Below the pieces are notes generated by a model, which was not told where the DNA came from, did not search any database, and was given only the letters and a program-made list of their open reading frames with translations. A stretch of 61,945 bases of DNA from a virus (taxonomy: Duplodnaviria; Caudoviricetes): positions 1 through 61,945 of IMG/VR virus record IMGVR_UViG_3300020474_001671. One strand, written 5' to 3'. Positions 16,951 through 27,270 of this stretch are shown here, piece after piece (the first letter of the stretch is position 1; each line of letters begins with the position of its first letter). A program made the position numbers and the translations under genes.

Positions 16951-18051
16951 ATGTCTCTATGGGGTAAGAATGATAATAAACTTTCGGATGGAACAGTTTC
17001 TGTAAATCATGCTAATAGAACTGTAACCGGAAGTGGAACAACTTTTGGATCTGTTGGTTGTGGTGCCACTGGAGACATTATCAGATTTGGTGAACCATTA
17101 AGTGGACCTGAAGGTTACTTCGGTGAAGCAGTGATTATCGGTATTGCAGGAACACAGTCGATTGTAATTGACTCTACTGCAGGTTTAAGTGCTCAAGAAA
17201 TTACGAATAAAAATTATCAAATAACACAAACTCCAAAGTCTACCGTTACTAATTCAGCTTTTAATAAATTTTCGAGATCAATATCACAAGCTGGTGATGT
17301 AAAAATGACAACTACCGTTGTTGGAGACGTTGCAGTTGGTGGAACATCTATTACTATTGCAGGTAATGCTACAGGATCCAATGTTACTGCAGGTAATATT
17401 GTAATTATAACTCATGGAGATCTTATTCCTAGACTTCAATTTAGTGAAGTTCATTCGGTTGTGAGTGGTGGAAGTACTATTCTATTAAAGAATGGTTTAA
17501 AATCTACACATAATGCATTTAAAACTGATGGTGAGGCATACACAACTGCTGTTTCTGTAGTCAATGTGCAAGAAGCACCTCTTCGTGCTCTTCTTGATGG
17601 AGGATCTGCAGGAGCAAAATTAACTGATATTAAAAAAGGAGATACCTTCACTATTGGTACTAATAGTATTGGTATTGGAACTGTTACACCAGTCTTTTTA
17701 AATGGTGTGGATACAAGAATTCTTACATTAGATGGTAATCTCACACAACCTATTGCAGAAACTCCTGGTGGAGCAACTGTTATTTTGAAGAGGGGAGCAA
17801 TTGATGGTTCTAAACTTGTAGTTCGTGCTATTGAAGATGTATCGGGAGATGAGACACAAACACTTGGTGTTTCTACTGCAGGAGTTGCTGCTGCAAATAA
17901 AACTGCATTTGAAACCGGAGCAGGATGGGTAGGTGTTCAAACTTACACTGATATGCACGGTAATGCGAGAGTTAAGAAAGAAGTTTTTGTTGCGATGTCA
18001 GGAATTCAAACTGGTAATGCACCAATCTATGATGGAAACCCATATGCATAA
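16951..18051 (+). CDS. Virion structural protein (MSLWG family), long form
   Basis: Gly/Thr/Val-rich; MSLWG start and GWVGVQTYTDMHGNARVKKEVFVA end; late promoter. Confidence 0.75.
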   Translation: MSLWGKNDNKLSDGTVSVNHANRTVTGSGTTFGSVGCGATGDIIRFGEPLSGPEGYFGEAVIIGIAGTQSIVIDSTAGLSAQEITNKNYQITQTPKSTVTNSAFNKFSRSISQAGDVKMTTTVVGDVAVGGTSITIAGNATGSNVTAGNIVIITHGDLIPRLQFSEVHSVVSGGSTILLKNGLKSTHNAFKTDGEAYTTAVSVVNVQEAPLRALLDGGSAGAKLTDIKKGDTFTIGTNSIGIGTVTPVFLNGVDTRILTLDGNLTQPIAETPGGATVILKRGAIDGSKLVVRAIEDVSGDETQTLGVSTAGVAAANKTAFETGAGWVGVQTYTDMHGNARVKKEVFVAMSGIQTGNAPIYDGNPYA

Positions 18052-18063
18052 TTCTTTTCTTTT

Positions 18064-18071
18064 TATAAATA
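18064..18071 (+). promoter_or_regulatory. T4-type late promoter
   Basis: TATAAATA. Confidence 0.75.
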
Positions 18072-18101
18072 TTTGTATAAAAAATTGTAAGGTATAATAA
18101 T

Positions 18102-18659
18102 ATGTCTCTTTGGGGCAATAAAGATTTAGTATATAATGCTGGAAATATTCAGGTAAATCTTGGTACTTCAACTGAGCAAATAACTGGTTCAGTTGGAGTG
18201 GTTACATTTACTACTTCTGGTATCAGTACTGGTGACGTTGTGACAGTTGGCACTGGAGCAACTTATGGTTATGCATTTGTAACTGGATTTACATCTACAA
18301 CAATTTCGATTGCAGATACTGCTAATTTTGTTTCTGGATTGACGACAGTTCCTTCAACCACATATTTTGTTTCGCAAGAACCAAATTATACTCTTGGAGA
18401 TTCTACTTACGATCCACCAGAAACAAAGACAGTTGGTTTTTCAACAAGTCCAGTATTTACTGGAGTTTTTGGTGTTGACAGACTTGAAGTTGGTATTGCT
18501 TCTGGAACTAAGTATGAAGTAGCACACCAGGGTTGGGTAGGTCTTACAACTTACATTGATATGCATGGTAACCTTAGAGTTAAATCTGAGGTATTAGTTG
18601 CTGGTGGTATCCTAACTACATCAGATGCTCCAGATGATGGTCCTTTCCCAGATAGTTGA
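18102..18659 (+). CDS. Virion structural protein (MSLWG family), short form
   Basis: MSLWG start and GWVGLTTYIDMHGNLRVKSEVLVA end; paralog of previous ORF. Confidence 0.75.
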   Translation: MSLWGNKDLVYNAGNIQVNLGTSTEQITGSVGVVTFTTSGISTGDVVTVGTGATYGYAFVTGFTSTTISIADTANFVSGLTTVPSTTYFVSQEPNYTLGDSTYDPPETKTVGFSTSPVFTGVFGVDRLEVGIASGTKYEVAHQGWVGLTTYIDMHGNLRVKSEVLVAGGILTTSDAPDDGPFPDS

Positions 18660-18668
18660 TAATGTAGT

Positions 18669-19040
18669 ATGAGATTTGATGAGTTGAATGAGAGTAATTA
18701 TTTACTCTTTGCTATAAAATTTTATAATAATCCTCAGGCAGTCACAAAAGATGACTTTGAAGATGACTTAAAAAGAATTAAGTACATCAAAAGATTATTA
18801 AAAAGATATAAAAATACTGGAGAACTTAAAACGCATTTAATACTCAATCATCTGACTGTGTTATTTAATGTTTTTAATGATGCGACAATTCCTTTATTAT
18901 TTTATAATCTTGAAGATGAACTTTGGCCTTACATAAAAAGTTTTTTCGTATTTTTAAATAGGATACCTGAATATCCTAAAACAAAAATTACTGAATTGAA
19001 AGAAGATGAATATTGTCTCCAACAATTAAAAGAAATCTGA
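18669..19040 (+). CDS. Conserved T4-like cyanophage hypothetical protein
   Basis: LFAIKFYNNPQ...DLKRIKYIKRLLKRY...LILNHL. Confidence 0.8.
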   Translation: MRFDELNESNYLLFAIKFYNNPQAVTKDDFEDDLKRIKYIKRLLKRYKNTGELKTHLILNHLTVLFNVFNDATIPLLFYNLEDELWPYIKSFFVFLNRIPEYPKTKITELKEDEYCLQQLKEI

Positions 19041-19501
19041 TGGATATTGATAGAGTTATCTCCAGAATAAAAATTATAAAAGAAACACCTACTAATAATA
19101 TTGGTGGTGGAGATATTGGAACGTATGATAAATTTTTGTTCCCTCCTTCTGAAGATTTATTATCACAAGATTATCAAACTCCTGGAGAATCTGGTGAGTC
19201 GAAGTGGAGATTTTCTAATGTTTATCCAGTTCAAAAATTATCATTATCAGATATAGATAATATGGTAGATGCATCTAAGGAGTATACAAATATGATAGAT
19301 GATAGAAGAATAAAGAATATAATGAATATGGTTAGATCCATTAAGGAAGAAGCAATTGCTAATTCTGTTGGAGATGGTAGTGGTGTTGCTGGACTAACTG
19401 GAGAACCACCGGTAAATTTGAAAAAGAAAAAGAGACCAACTATTATTGCCAGGGGTCTTATGCCCGGTGCTAGAAAGAGATGGAGTAATGGAAGACAATA
19501 A
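19040..19501 (+). CDS. Hypothetical late protein
   Basis: TGATG coupling; two related KE..(P/A).N..G.G segments. Confidence 0.65.
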   Translation: MDIDRVISRIKIIKETPTNNIGGGDIGTYDKFLFPPSEDLLSQDYQTPGESGESKWRFSNVYPVQKLSLSDIDNMVDASKEYTNMIDDRRIKNIMNMVRSIKEEAIANSVGDGSGVAGLTGEPPVNLKKKKRPTIIARGLMPGARKRWSNGRQ

Positions 19502-19883
19502 TAGTAATAATGTCAATTCAGCAATACTAGAAAGGGTTGAGAGGATTGTAGAGGCACTGCAAGATAACTCTATTAAGATGGGTGAATTGTTAGCAGTTCA
19601 TAATGAGAAGTTAGATAAACAAGATCGTATTGATGCTGTTCTTTTCGAGAAAATAGAATTTCTTTATAAAGAAATGCAAAGATCTACGGAAGAAATAAAG
19701 AAAGGATGTGAAAGAGATATAAGAAAAATTGATGAACGTCTTCGTCTTATGGAAAAGAAGATGTGGAGTATTGCTGGTTCTCTTGTGGTAATATCATTCT
19801 TGGTCAGTATGCCAGGTCAAAAACTACTACAAAGTTTCTTGACTCCAGTCTCACAACCGGTTATAATAGACACAACAAATTAG
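19488..19883 (+). CDS. Coiled-coil protein with C-terminal membrane helix
   Basis: LLAVHNEKL...ERLRLMEKKMWSIAGSLVVISFLV. Confidence 0.7.
   Translation: MEDNNSNNVNSAILERVERIVEALQDNSIKMGELLAVHNEKLDKQDRIDAVLFEKIEFLYKEMQRSTEEIKKGCERDIRKIDERLRLMEKKMWSIAGSLVVISFLVSMPGQKLLQSFLTPVSQPVIIDTTN
19839..19867 (+). promoter_or_regulatory. Sigma70-type promoter for primase/nrd operon
   Basis: TTGACT N17 TATAAT. Confidence 0.75.
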
Positions 19884-19895
19884 TCTTCAAGCATA

Positions 19896-20867
19896 ATGGA
19901 TTTGGTTGATTCCAAGTATATTGGATTAGTATCTTCTCGACTCCAGAAGTTTAAGAGGGTTAAAGACAATCTCTACAACTTTCGTTGTCCCATTTGTGGT
20001 GACTCACAGACGAATAAAAATAAGGCACGGGGATATATCTACCAGGTCAAAAATAATACTAACTTCAAGTGCCACAACTGTGGTGCAAGTATGTCTTTCA
20101 GTAATTTGCTAAAGGAGATTGATGTAAATCTCCACAAGCAATATACTCTTGAGAAGTTTAAGGAAGGTCATACTGGTAAAAACTTTGTTGTGGAATCACC
20201 AAAGTTTGAATTTAAGAAACCAATATTTAAAAAATCTATTGATCTTCCAAAGGCATCTACGAATTCTTTTGCCAATGATTATCTTGTAAATCGTAAGATA
20301 GATGCAGATAAGTTTTATTATGCTGACAAGTTCATGGAGTGGACGAATACGCAAAAACAAACGTTCGACACTATCACTAGGGATGAGAGTCGCATTGTGA
20401 TACCAATGTATGATGAGAACAAAAATCTCATTGGATTTCAGGGTAGAGCACTGGGAAAATCATTCACTAAATATATCACTGTGATGTTGGATGAGGAAGC
20501 ACCAAAGGTTTATGGACTTGAAACTATCAATAAAAAATTATCTATCTACGTGGTCGAAGGACCCTTTGACAGCACTTTCATCACTAATAGTGTTGCTTTG
20601 TGTGGTAGTGATGGTGACTTGGGTTATCTTAAGGGAAGCAACATTATTTTTGTTTACGATAACGAACCCCGCAATAGAGAAATTGTTAGAAGGGTTGAAG
20701 GATGTATCAATAGAAATGAAAAAGTCGTCATCTGGCCAAATAACATAGTCGATAAAGATATTAATGACATGGTTCTTGCTGGACATGATGTTATGTCTGT
20801 GGTAGAATTAAATACCTATTCAGGATTAGAAGCAAAAATTAAATTTAACAACTGGAAAAAAATATGA
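19896..20867 (+). CDS. gp61: DNA primase
   Basis: CPICGDS and CHNC zinc finger; VVEGPFDS, YDNEPRN, KDINDM TOPRIM motifs. Confidence 0.96.
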   Translation: MDLVDSKYIGLVSSRLQKFKRVKDNLYNFRCPICGDSQTNKNKARGYIYQVKNNTNFKCHNCGASMSFSNLLKEIDVNLHKQYTLEKFKEGHTGKNFVVESPKFEFKKPIFKKSIDLPKASTNSFANDYLVNRKIDADKFYYADKFMEWTNTQKQTFDTITRDESRIVIPMYDENKNLIGFQGRALGKSFTKYITVMLDEEAPKVYGLETINKKLSIYVVEGPFDSTFITNSVALCGSDGDLGYLKGSNIIFVYDNEPRNREIVRRVEGCINRNEKVVIWPNNIVDKDINDMVLAGHDVMSVVELNTYSGLEAKIKFNNWKKI

Positions 20868-23161
20868 CCAATGGAACAAAGGTAACTAAAAGAAATGGAA
20901 AAAATGAACCTCTTGATTTAAATAAACTACATGTAATGGTAGAAGAGGCATGTAAACATCTTGCCGGTGTATCTGCAAGTCAGGTTGAGATTCAATCTGG
21001 TATTCAGTTTTATGATGGTATCACAACAGATGAGATTCAAGAGATTTTAATTCGTTCCGCATCAGACTTAGTAAGTTTGGACCATCCAAATTATCAGTTT
21101 GTTGCTGCACGACTTCTTTTGTTTGCTGTTCGTAAGCAACTGTATGGTCGTATGCACGAAACACCAACGGTGAAAGAGCAAGTTGAGAGATGTGTTGCTA
21201 AAGAAGTTTATGATTCAGAAATACTTGACCTGTATTCTGACGAAGAATTTGATAAACTTCAGTCGTTTATTGATCACGATAGAGATTATTTGTTCACTTA
21301 TGCAGGTTTGCGTCAAGTATGTGATAAGTATCTTGTCCAGGACAGGAGTAATGGTAAAGTATATGAGACTCCACAGTTCATGTATTTGTTGATTGCTGCA
21401 ACCATATTCTCTAAATATCCAAAAGAGACAAGACTAGATTACGTTAAAAAATATTACGATGCAATCTCAAGACACAAAATCAACATTCCCACACCTATCA
21501 TGGCGGGAGTGCGGACACCACTTCGACAATATGCTAGTTGTGTTTTGGTTGATGTTGATGACACCCTCCGTAGTATCGAGTCTAGTGATGCTGCAATTTT
21601 TAGGTATGTTGCTCAAAGGGCGGGAATCGGTATCAACGCAGGCAGAATCCGTGGCATCAACAGTAGAATCAGAGGCGGAGAAGTTATTCATACAGGTGTT
21701 GTCCCATTCCTCAAAAAATTTGAGTCAACTGTCAGAAGTTGTACACAAAACGGGATTCGTGGTGGAAGTGCTACTGTCCACTTTCCAATCTGGCACATCG
21801 AAATCGAAGACATCCTAGTTCTTAAGAACAATAAGGGTACAGAAGACAACCGAGTGAGGAAACTTGATTACTCTATCCAAATCTCAAAAATCTTTTATGA
21901 AAGATTTATCAAAAACGAAAAAATCACACTCTTCAGCCCTAACGATGTTCCAGGTCTGTATGATGCTTTTGGCACTCCTGAGTTTGATGACATCTATTTG
22001 GGTTATGAACAAGATGGATCAATTCCTCGCAAGACTATCGGAGGTCAAGAATTATTTTTCGACCTCTTGAAAGAACGTGCCGAAACTGGTAGAATCTACA
22101 TCATGAACATTGACCATTGCAATTCTCACTCATCCTTTATGGATAAGATTGAGATGAGCAATCTGTGTCAAGAGATTACTTTGCCTACCAAACCTTTACA
22201 GCATATTGATGATGAAACTGGGGAAATTGCTCTGTGTATCCTTTCTGCTATTAATGTTGGTAAAATTAGGGATCTTGAGGATCTTGATGTTCTTTGTGAT
22301 CTTGCTGTCAGGAGTCTTGATGAACTCATTGATTTTCAGGGATATCCCGTCAGAGCAGCAGAGATTGCCACAAGAGCACGTCGTTCGTTAGGTATTGGTT
22401 ATATTGGACTGGCACATTACCTTGCCAAGAACGGGCATAGGTATGAGGATCCTGAAGCATGGAAGTCTATTCATGACTTAACCGAAGCATTCCAATACTA
22501 TCTCATACAGGCAACTGTTAATCTTGCGAAAGAAAAAGGTGCATGTGAATACAGTCATCGCACTAAGTATGGTAATGGAATTCTGCCGATTGATACATAT
22601 AAGAATGAGGTAGATGAGATTGTTCCAAATGAGCTTCACTATGATTGGGAGGGTCTTAGGGCACAAGTTAATCAATACGGAGTTAGGAACTCAACGTTGT
22701 CCGCACAGATGCCTTCAGAGAGCAGTTCCGTTGTGTCAAACGCAACAAATGGAATTGAACCACCTAGAGGTTACTTGTCCATTAAGAAGTCCAAAAAAGG
22801 ACCTCTTAAGCAGATTGTTCCACAATACGGAACACTAAAGAACAATTATGATCTTCTATGGGAAATGAAATCCAATAAAGGATACATTAATATTGTTGCC
22901 GTAATGCAAAAATTCTTTGACCAGGCAATTTCTGGTAATTGGAGTTACAATCCAGAACATTATCCCAATAATGAAATTCCAGTGTCTATCATGGCACAGG
23001 ACCTATTAACTACATACAAGTATGGATGGAAGACATCCTACTATCAAAATACATATGACATCAAGACTGACGAAATGGATGATTCCAATGAGTCACTTGA
23101 TAGTTTAATTTCTCAAATAGAAACCGAAGAGGAGGAAGACTGTGAGTCTTGTAAGATTTAA
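20864..23161 (+). CDS. nrdA: Ribonucleotide reductase class Ia alpha subunit
   Basis: ATP cone VTKRNG, ASCVL, SNLCQEI, C-terminal CESCKI. Confidence 0.98.
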   Translation: MTNGTKVTKRNGKNEPLDLNKLHVMVEEACKHLAGVSASQVEIQSGIQFYDGITTDEIQEILIRSASDLVSLDHPNYQFVAARLLLFAVRKQLYGRMHETPTVKEQVERCVAKEVYDSEILDLYSDEEFDKLQSFIDHDRDYLFTYAGLRQVCDKYLVQDRSNGKVYETPQFMYLLIAATIFSKYPKETRLDYVKKYYDAISRHKINIPTPIMAGVRTPLRQYASCVLVDVDDTLRSIESSDAAIFRYVAQRAGIGINAGRIRGINSRIRGGEVIHTGVVPFLKKFESTVRSCTQNGIRGGSATVHFPIWHIEIEDILVLKNNKGTEDNRVRKLDYSIQISKIFYERFIKNEKITLFSPNDVPGLYDAFGTPEFDDIYLGYEQDGSIPRKTIGGQELFFDLLKERAETGRIYIMNIDHCNSHSSFMDKIEMSNLCQEITLPTKPLQHIDDETGEIALCILSAINVGKIRDLEDLDVLCDLAVRSLDELIDFQGYPVRAAEIATRARRSLGIGYIGLAHYLAKNGHRYEDPEAWKSIHDLTEAFQYYLIQATVNLAKEKGACEYSHRTKYGNGILPIDTYKNEVDEIVPNELHYDWEGLRAQVNQYGVRNSTLSAQMPSESSSVVSNATNGIEPPRGYLSIKKSKKGPLKQIVPQYGTLKNNYDLLWEMKSNKGYINIVAVMQKFFDQAISGNWSYNPEHYPNNEIPVSIMAQDLLTTYKYGWKTSYYQNTYDIKTDEMDDSNESLDSLISQIETEEEEDCESCKI

Positions 23162-24326
23162 GACAAATAGAGAGGAAAGCCCTGTGGTCGATTCTATGAC
23201 CGTGTTCAATGCAGAAGAGGTAGACACTAAAAAGCAACCAATGTTCTTTGGAAAACCATTAGGTATTCAGAGATACGATTCTTACAAGTATCCAATTTTT
23301 GATAAGTTAACCACTCAGCAACTAGGATATTTCTGGAGACCCGAAGAGGTATCTCTCCAGAAAGACCGTGCTGATTATCAGACATTACGTCCAGAACAAA
23401 AGCATATCTTTACTTCTAATTTGAAGTATCAGATTATGCTTGATTCGGTTCAGGGTCGTGGTCCTGGGATGGCTTTTATCCCTTACTGTTCATTACCTGA
23501 ATTAGAGGCATGTATGGAGGTCTGGGGGTTCATGGAGATGATTCATAGTCGTTCATATACTCATATCATTAAGAATGTTTATTCAGATCCTTCAGATGTG
23601 TTTGATCATATTCTGAATGATGAACGTATTGTTGAACGTGCGATGAGTGTGACTGAAGCATATAATGATTTTATTAATGCAGCACATCATTATGATAGTA
23701 CTAATGATTGGCAACATGCAATAGAAGGAGTTCCTTATGCACAAGTTTCAAGATATGAACTCAAACGCAAACTCTTCAAAGCAGTTGCAAATGTTAATAT
23801 CCTTGAAGGTATTCGATTTTACGTATCATTTGCTTGCAGTTTTGCTTTTGGTGAACTCAAACTTATGGAAGGAAGTGCAAAAATCATCTCACTGATTGCC
23901 AGAGATGAGAATCAACACCTTGCCATTACTCAGAATATTATGAAGAAGTGGAGAGAAGGTGATGATCCTGATATGGCAAAAATCTTCAAAGAAGAAGAGC
24001 AGTGGTTGATTCAAACTTTTGAGAAAACTGTAAATCAAGAAAAACTTTGGGCAGAGTATCTGTTCAAGGATGGTTCGATGATTGGTCTGAATGATAAACT
24101 GCTTCAGCAGTATGTGGAATGGATTGCCAATCGTAGAATGAAATCAATTGGACTTAAACCGATCTATGACATACCCGCAAAGAATAACCCACTCCCCTGG
24201 ACAGAACATTGGATTTCGTCGAAGGGTCTCCAAGTTGCTCCTCAAGAAACAGAAGTTGAATCCTACATCGTCGGAGGAATCAAACAAGATGTTACCGAAA
24301 ATACGTTTGCAGGGTTCTCCCTGTAA
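23142..24326 (+). CDS. nrdB: Ribonucleotide reductase class Ia beta subunit
   Basis: FWRPEEV, EMIHSRSY, LEGIRFYVSF, RDENQH, APQETEVESY. Confidence 0.98.
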   Translation: MSLVRFKTNREESPVVDSMTVFNAEEVDTKKQPMFFGKPLGIQRYDSYKYPIFDKLTTQQLGYFWRPEEVSLQKDRADYQTLRPEQKHIFTSNLKYQIMLDSVQGRGPGMAFIPYCSLPELEACMEVWGFMEMIHSRSYTHIIKNVYSDPSDVFDHILNDERIVERAMSVTEAYNDFINAAHHYDSTNDWQHAIEGVPYAQVSRYELKRKLFKAVANVNILEGIRFYVSFACSFAFGELKLMEGSAKIISLIARDENQHLAITQNIMKKWREGDDPDMAKIFKEEEQWLIQTFEKTVNQEKLWAEYLFKDGSMIGLNDKLLQQYVEWIANRRMKSIGLKPIYDIPAKNNPLPWTEHWISSKGLQVAPQETEVESYIVGGIKQDVTENTFAGFSL

Positions 24327-24465
24327 AGGAAATTGTAAGTGTAACTGTATAAAAACTGAAGATGCTTTAGAGATGTATAGAGAAGCAGCAAAATCTGATG
24401 CTTTTCTATTTGGTGATTATGATGGGTATAAAGCATTTGAAGATTTAGATCAAGAGGACTCCTAG
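24289..24465 (+). CDS. Small hypothetical protein (start uncertain)
   Basis: GGAGG upstream; ends at terminator. Confidence 0.35.
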   Translation: MLPKIRLQGSPCKGNCKCNCIKTEDALEMYREAAKSDAFLFGDYDGYKAFEDLDQEDS

Positions 24466-24488
24466 GGGGGGTCCTTTTTTTATAAATA
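24453..24488 (+). terminator. Terminator after nrdB followed directly by late promoter
   Basis: agaggactcc-tagg-ggggtccttt plus T run; TATAAATA at 24481-24488. Confidence 0.8.
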
Positions 24489-24517
24489 TTCTTATAAAGA
24501 GTTAATTAAGAATTACG

Positions 24518-25621
24518 ATGAGAGCTTTATCGCAGTCCGAGTACGGAGAAATCAGAAGTTTGTATGAGAGTATCTATGCTCCTCAAGTAGATGAAGAACT
24601 AGAACTTTCTGATGAAGAGTTGACAGAAGCAGTGGAAGATGCTGTTTCTGAACTTATCGAAGAAGGATATGATATTGATGACATCGAAGATGCATTTGAT
24701 GATGAATTAATTGAAGAAATCCTTGATGAAGCAAAGATTACTTATGGTAGTGATACCGAGAGTCCTGAAGACAGACGTACTCGTGCCAAAGCAAAAGTTG
24801 GTGAGAAGAGATCAGCAGCACGTAAGGCAGCAGTCAAAGGTGCTGTAAAGGCAGCAGGAGAGAAGGCAAAAGAAGTAAAGAGTGAAGTTGGTCGTCGTGC
24901 TGGAAACGTTGCTGTAAGAGCAAAAGCAGGTGCTACTAAAACTGCTATGAAGGCAACTGGAGTGTCCCCAATGGATGTTCCTACAAAGGCAGGTAAGCAG
25001 CGTAAGTCGGCAGATACTTTTGTTGCTGGTCGTAAGGCAGATAGAGATTCTGCTAAGGCAGTCATCAAAAAGAAAGTTGGTGATAAGTATAGAGGTGCTA
25101 AAGCAGCAGTAGGAATTGCTGGTTCAATTGCAAAAGACGAAGCAAGAAGAGCAGGACGTAAAGCAAAACTTGCTGGTGGTAAAGCAGTAACGGCAGTCAA
25201 GAATGCTCCTGAAAGAGCAGGATCTGCTGCTAGAAAAGGACTTAAGGGTCTAATCAGAAGAGGTGCCGAGAAGGTTGCTTCAGGGGCATCTAAGGTTGCT
25301 AAGAGGATGTCTGAAGAGGTTGAAACCTATGATGTAGTGGTCGAGTTCCTGTGCGACTACGGCATCGCAGAGAACCTTCAAGAGGCACAAATGGTGATGG
25401 TCAATGAGATTGACTCTGAGGACATTGAGAGCATTCTAGAGGCATATGCTAATGCTAAACTTCCTCTTTCCAGAGAAAAAAAAACTAAAAAAGTAGATGA
25501 CTGGAAAGAAGATCCAAATAGAGACTTTGGTGTGAGAGGAACTGCTGCTAAAAATCTAGCGTCTAGAGCAACTACCGTTGTAGGAACACAACGTCGTCAG
25601 GATAAAGATGCTGGAATGTAA
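24518..25621 (+). CDS. Late protein with acidic ends and Lys/Ala/Arg-rich core, internal head protein-like
   Basis: 367 aa; late promoter; strong charge segregation. Confidence 0.7.
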   Translation: MRALSQSEYGEIRSLYESIYAPQVDEELELSDEELTEAVEDAVSELIEEGYDIDDIEDAFDDELIEEILDEAKITYGSDTESPEDRRTRAKAKVGEKRSAARKAAVKGAVKAAGEKAKEVKSEVGRRAGNVAVRAKAGATKTAMKATGVSPMDVPTKAGKQRKSADTFVAGRKADRDSAKAVIKKKVGDKYRGAKAAVGIAGSIAKDEARRAGRKAKLAGGKAVTAVKNAPERAGSAARKGLKGLIRRGAEKVASGASKVAKRMSEEVETYDVVVEFLCDYGIAENLQEAQMVMVNEIDSEDIESILEAYANAKLPLSREKKTKKVDDWKEDPNRDFGVRGTAAKNLASRATTVVGTQRRQDKDAGM

Positions 25622-25643
25622 TATAAAACTCACATAATCTATC

Positions 25644-25679
25644 AAGGGGGTTGACAACAACCCTCTTTTTTATTAGACT
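25644..25679 (+). promoter_or_regulatory. Terminator fused with sigma70 promoter
   Basis: aagggggttg-acaa-caaccctctt plus T run; TTGACA(25651) N17 TAGACT(25674). Confidence 0.75.
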
Positions 25680-25727
25680 AGGTTTGTCCCCGTTAAAGAT
25701 AAATAATAGCTCATTGAGTTCTATACA

Positions 25728-26177
25728 ATGAGCTATGAGAATTCTTGGATATACAATAATGAACCTTTTGAGTCTGATGCTATTGGGAACCACTTTGGTT
25801 TTGTTTATTGTATTACCAATAAGTCCAACAAACGACAATACATTGGGAGAAAGTATTTTTGGTCGTTCAGAACACCAAAAGGAAAAAAGAGAAAAGTAAA
25901 ACAAGAATCTGATTGGAAGAAGTATTATGGTTCTTGTCCTGAGTTGAAGGAAGATATAAAAAGATACGGCAAAGAGTTCTTCAGTAGAGTAATATTAAGT
26001 CTTCATGAGAAGAAGGGAGATTGTAACTTTGAGGAGACTAAGCAGTTGTTTCTAAATAATGTGCTATCAGAGGCACTTGACAACGGAGCACCGGCATACT
26101 ACAATAGCAACATTCTCGGCCGTTACATGCGGAAAGATTATGGAAACTTTGGAAAAGACCCTGCAGGTGACTCATGA
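25728..26177 (+). CDS. GIY-YIG-like nuclease family protein
   Basis: GFVYCITN...QYIGRK, Y.GS, conserved Glu, YYNSNI. Confidence 0.8.
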   Translation: MSYENSWIYNNEPFESDAIGNHFGFVYCITNKSNKRQYIGRKYFWSFRTPKGKKRKVKQESDWKKYYGSCPELKEDIKRYGKEFFSRVILSLHEKKGDCNFEETKQLFLNNVLSEALDNGAPAYYNSNILGRYMRKDYGNFGKDPAGDS

Positions 26178-26343
26178 GTGGGCAGTTGACAGACTGCACA
26201 TCCTCTGTGATATGAAGACGGATGATGTGCTAAAATCTATTGAAGATGCTCATGCGATCCGGTCAGAGTTTGCCGAATGGTTAGACCCTAATCTCGAAGA
26301 CCATGAAATCTACTCACTCGAATACCTTGGAGACAATGATTAA
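26140..26343 (+). CDS. Hypothetical protein
   Basis: Operon packing; EFAEWLDP...IYSLEYLG. Confidence 0.65.
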   Translation: METLEKTLQVTHEWAVDRLHILCDMKTDDVLKSIEDAHAIRSEFAEWLDPNLEDHEIYSLEYLGDND

Positions 26344-26932
26344 ATCACTTTTTGGAATCGGAGTTCTTGCAAGTTTAATTGCAATTCCTTCTTCATCAGA
26401 ACCTGAACAAATCAAAGTACAACCCGTATCAGAACCAGCAAAAGAAACTACTGTCTTAGAAAAAGAGCAGGAAACTTGGAAGTGTCCTAGTTGTACTCCC
26501 AATGAAAAAGTTGTTCTAGCAGCATTACAAGAGCACACAAAGATCTCTGATCGTAATGCACTTGCAACAATCATGGGAAACATTCAGCAAGAATCTAAAT
26601 TCATCTCTAACATCTGTGAAGGTGGTGCTCGTGTTACTTATGAGAACTGTCTGCGAGGTGGTTATGGATTGATTCAGTGGACTTCTATCAATCGTTATAA
26701 AGGACTTGGAGACTTTGCAGTAAAGTATGATTGCAATCCAAGTGAATTGGAATGCCAAGTTCGTTGGATGATTAATGAACCTATCTTCCAACGTGTACTT
26801 CCACAATTTGAAGGTGGTGGACAAACAGTATCTTATTACATGAGACCTGCATACTACTGGTTAGGATGGGGTATCAAAGGTAATAGGGAAATCTATGCAT
26901 ATGACTACACTAAGAAAATGGTATGGGTATGA
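26336..26932 (+). CDS. Secreted lysozyme-like (phage tail lysozyme-type) cell-wall hydrolase
   Basis: Signal peptide; ALATIMGNIQQES and GGYGLIQWT motifs. Confidence 0.7.
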   Translation: MIKSLFGIGVLASLIAIPSSSEPEQIKVQPVSEPAKETTVLEKEQETWKCPSCTPNEKVVLAALQEHTKISDRNALATIMGNIQQESKFISNICEGGARVTYENCLRGGYGLIQWTSINRYKGLGDFAVKYDCNPSELECQVRWMINEPIFQRVLPQFEGGGQTVSYYMRPAYYWLGWGIKGNREIYAYDYTKKMVWV

Positions 26933-27270
26933 CATTAGAATCAATTGAAAACTTGGAGGCACCATTATTTGAATGTGGTTTTGGTCATTTAACTCAGGGG
27001 TATGGTTCTTTTGTAGGATCTCTTGCTCCTGAGTATTTGGAAGATGATTCCTGGTTTGGTCCTGCAGTTTTATCTGAACGACAAATGACTATTAAAGAAG
27101 CATATGAACATGCAGTATCCGAAAGGCAATTACTGCATGAGGATGATACAGTAGAACCGAAAGATATTCATGAGACTATCTATCGTATTGCTACAAGTAG
27201 TGGTAAAACTACCACACAACTTGATCAATCTAGTGTTGGTGGATGGCAATCTGGATCTGGTTTGGATTAA
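26929..27270 (+). CDS. Hypothetical acidic protein
   Basis: ATGA coupling. Confidence 0.6.
   Translation: MTLESIENLEAPLFECGFGHLTQGYGSFVGSLAPEYLEDDSWFGPAVLSERQMTIKEAYEHAVSERQLLHEDDTVEPKDIHETIYRIATSSGKTTTQLDQSSVGGWQSGSGLD

Noticed and set aside
6633-24326. Introns or inteins in gp43, gp41, nrdA, nrdB
   Set aside because: All are continuous, of normal length, with no intein or homing-endonuclease inserts visible
25728-26177. Mobile homing endonuclease
   Set aside because: Only a compact GIY-YIG-like domain with no DNA-binding extension and no interrupted target gene; looks like a resident phage gene
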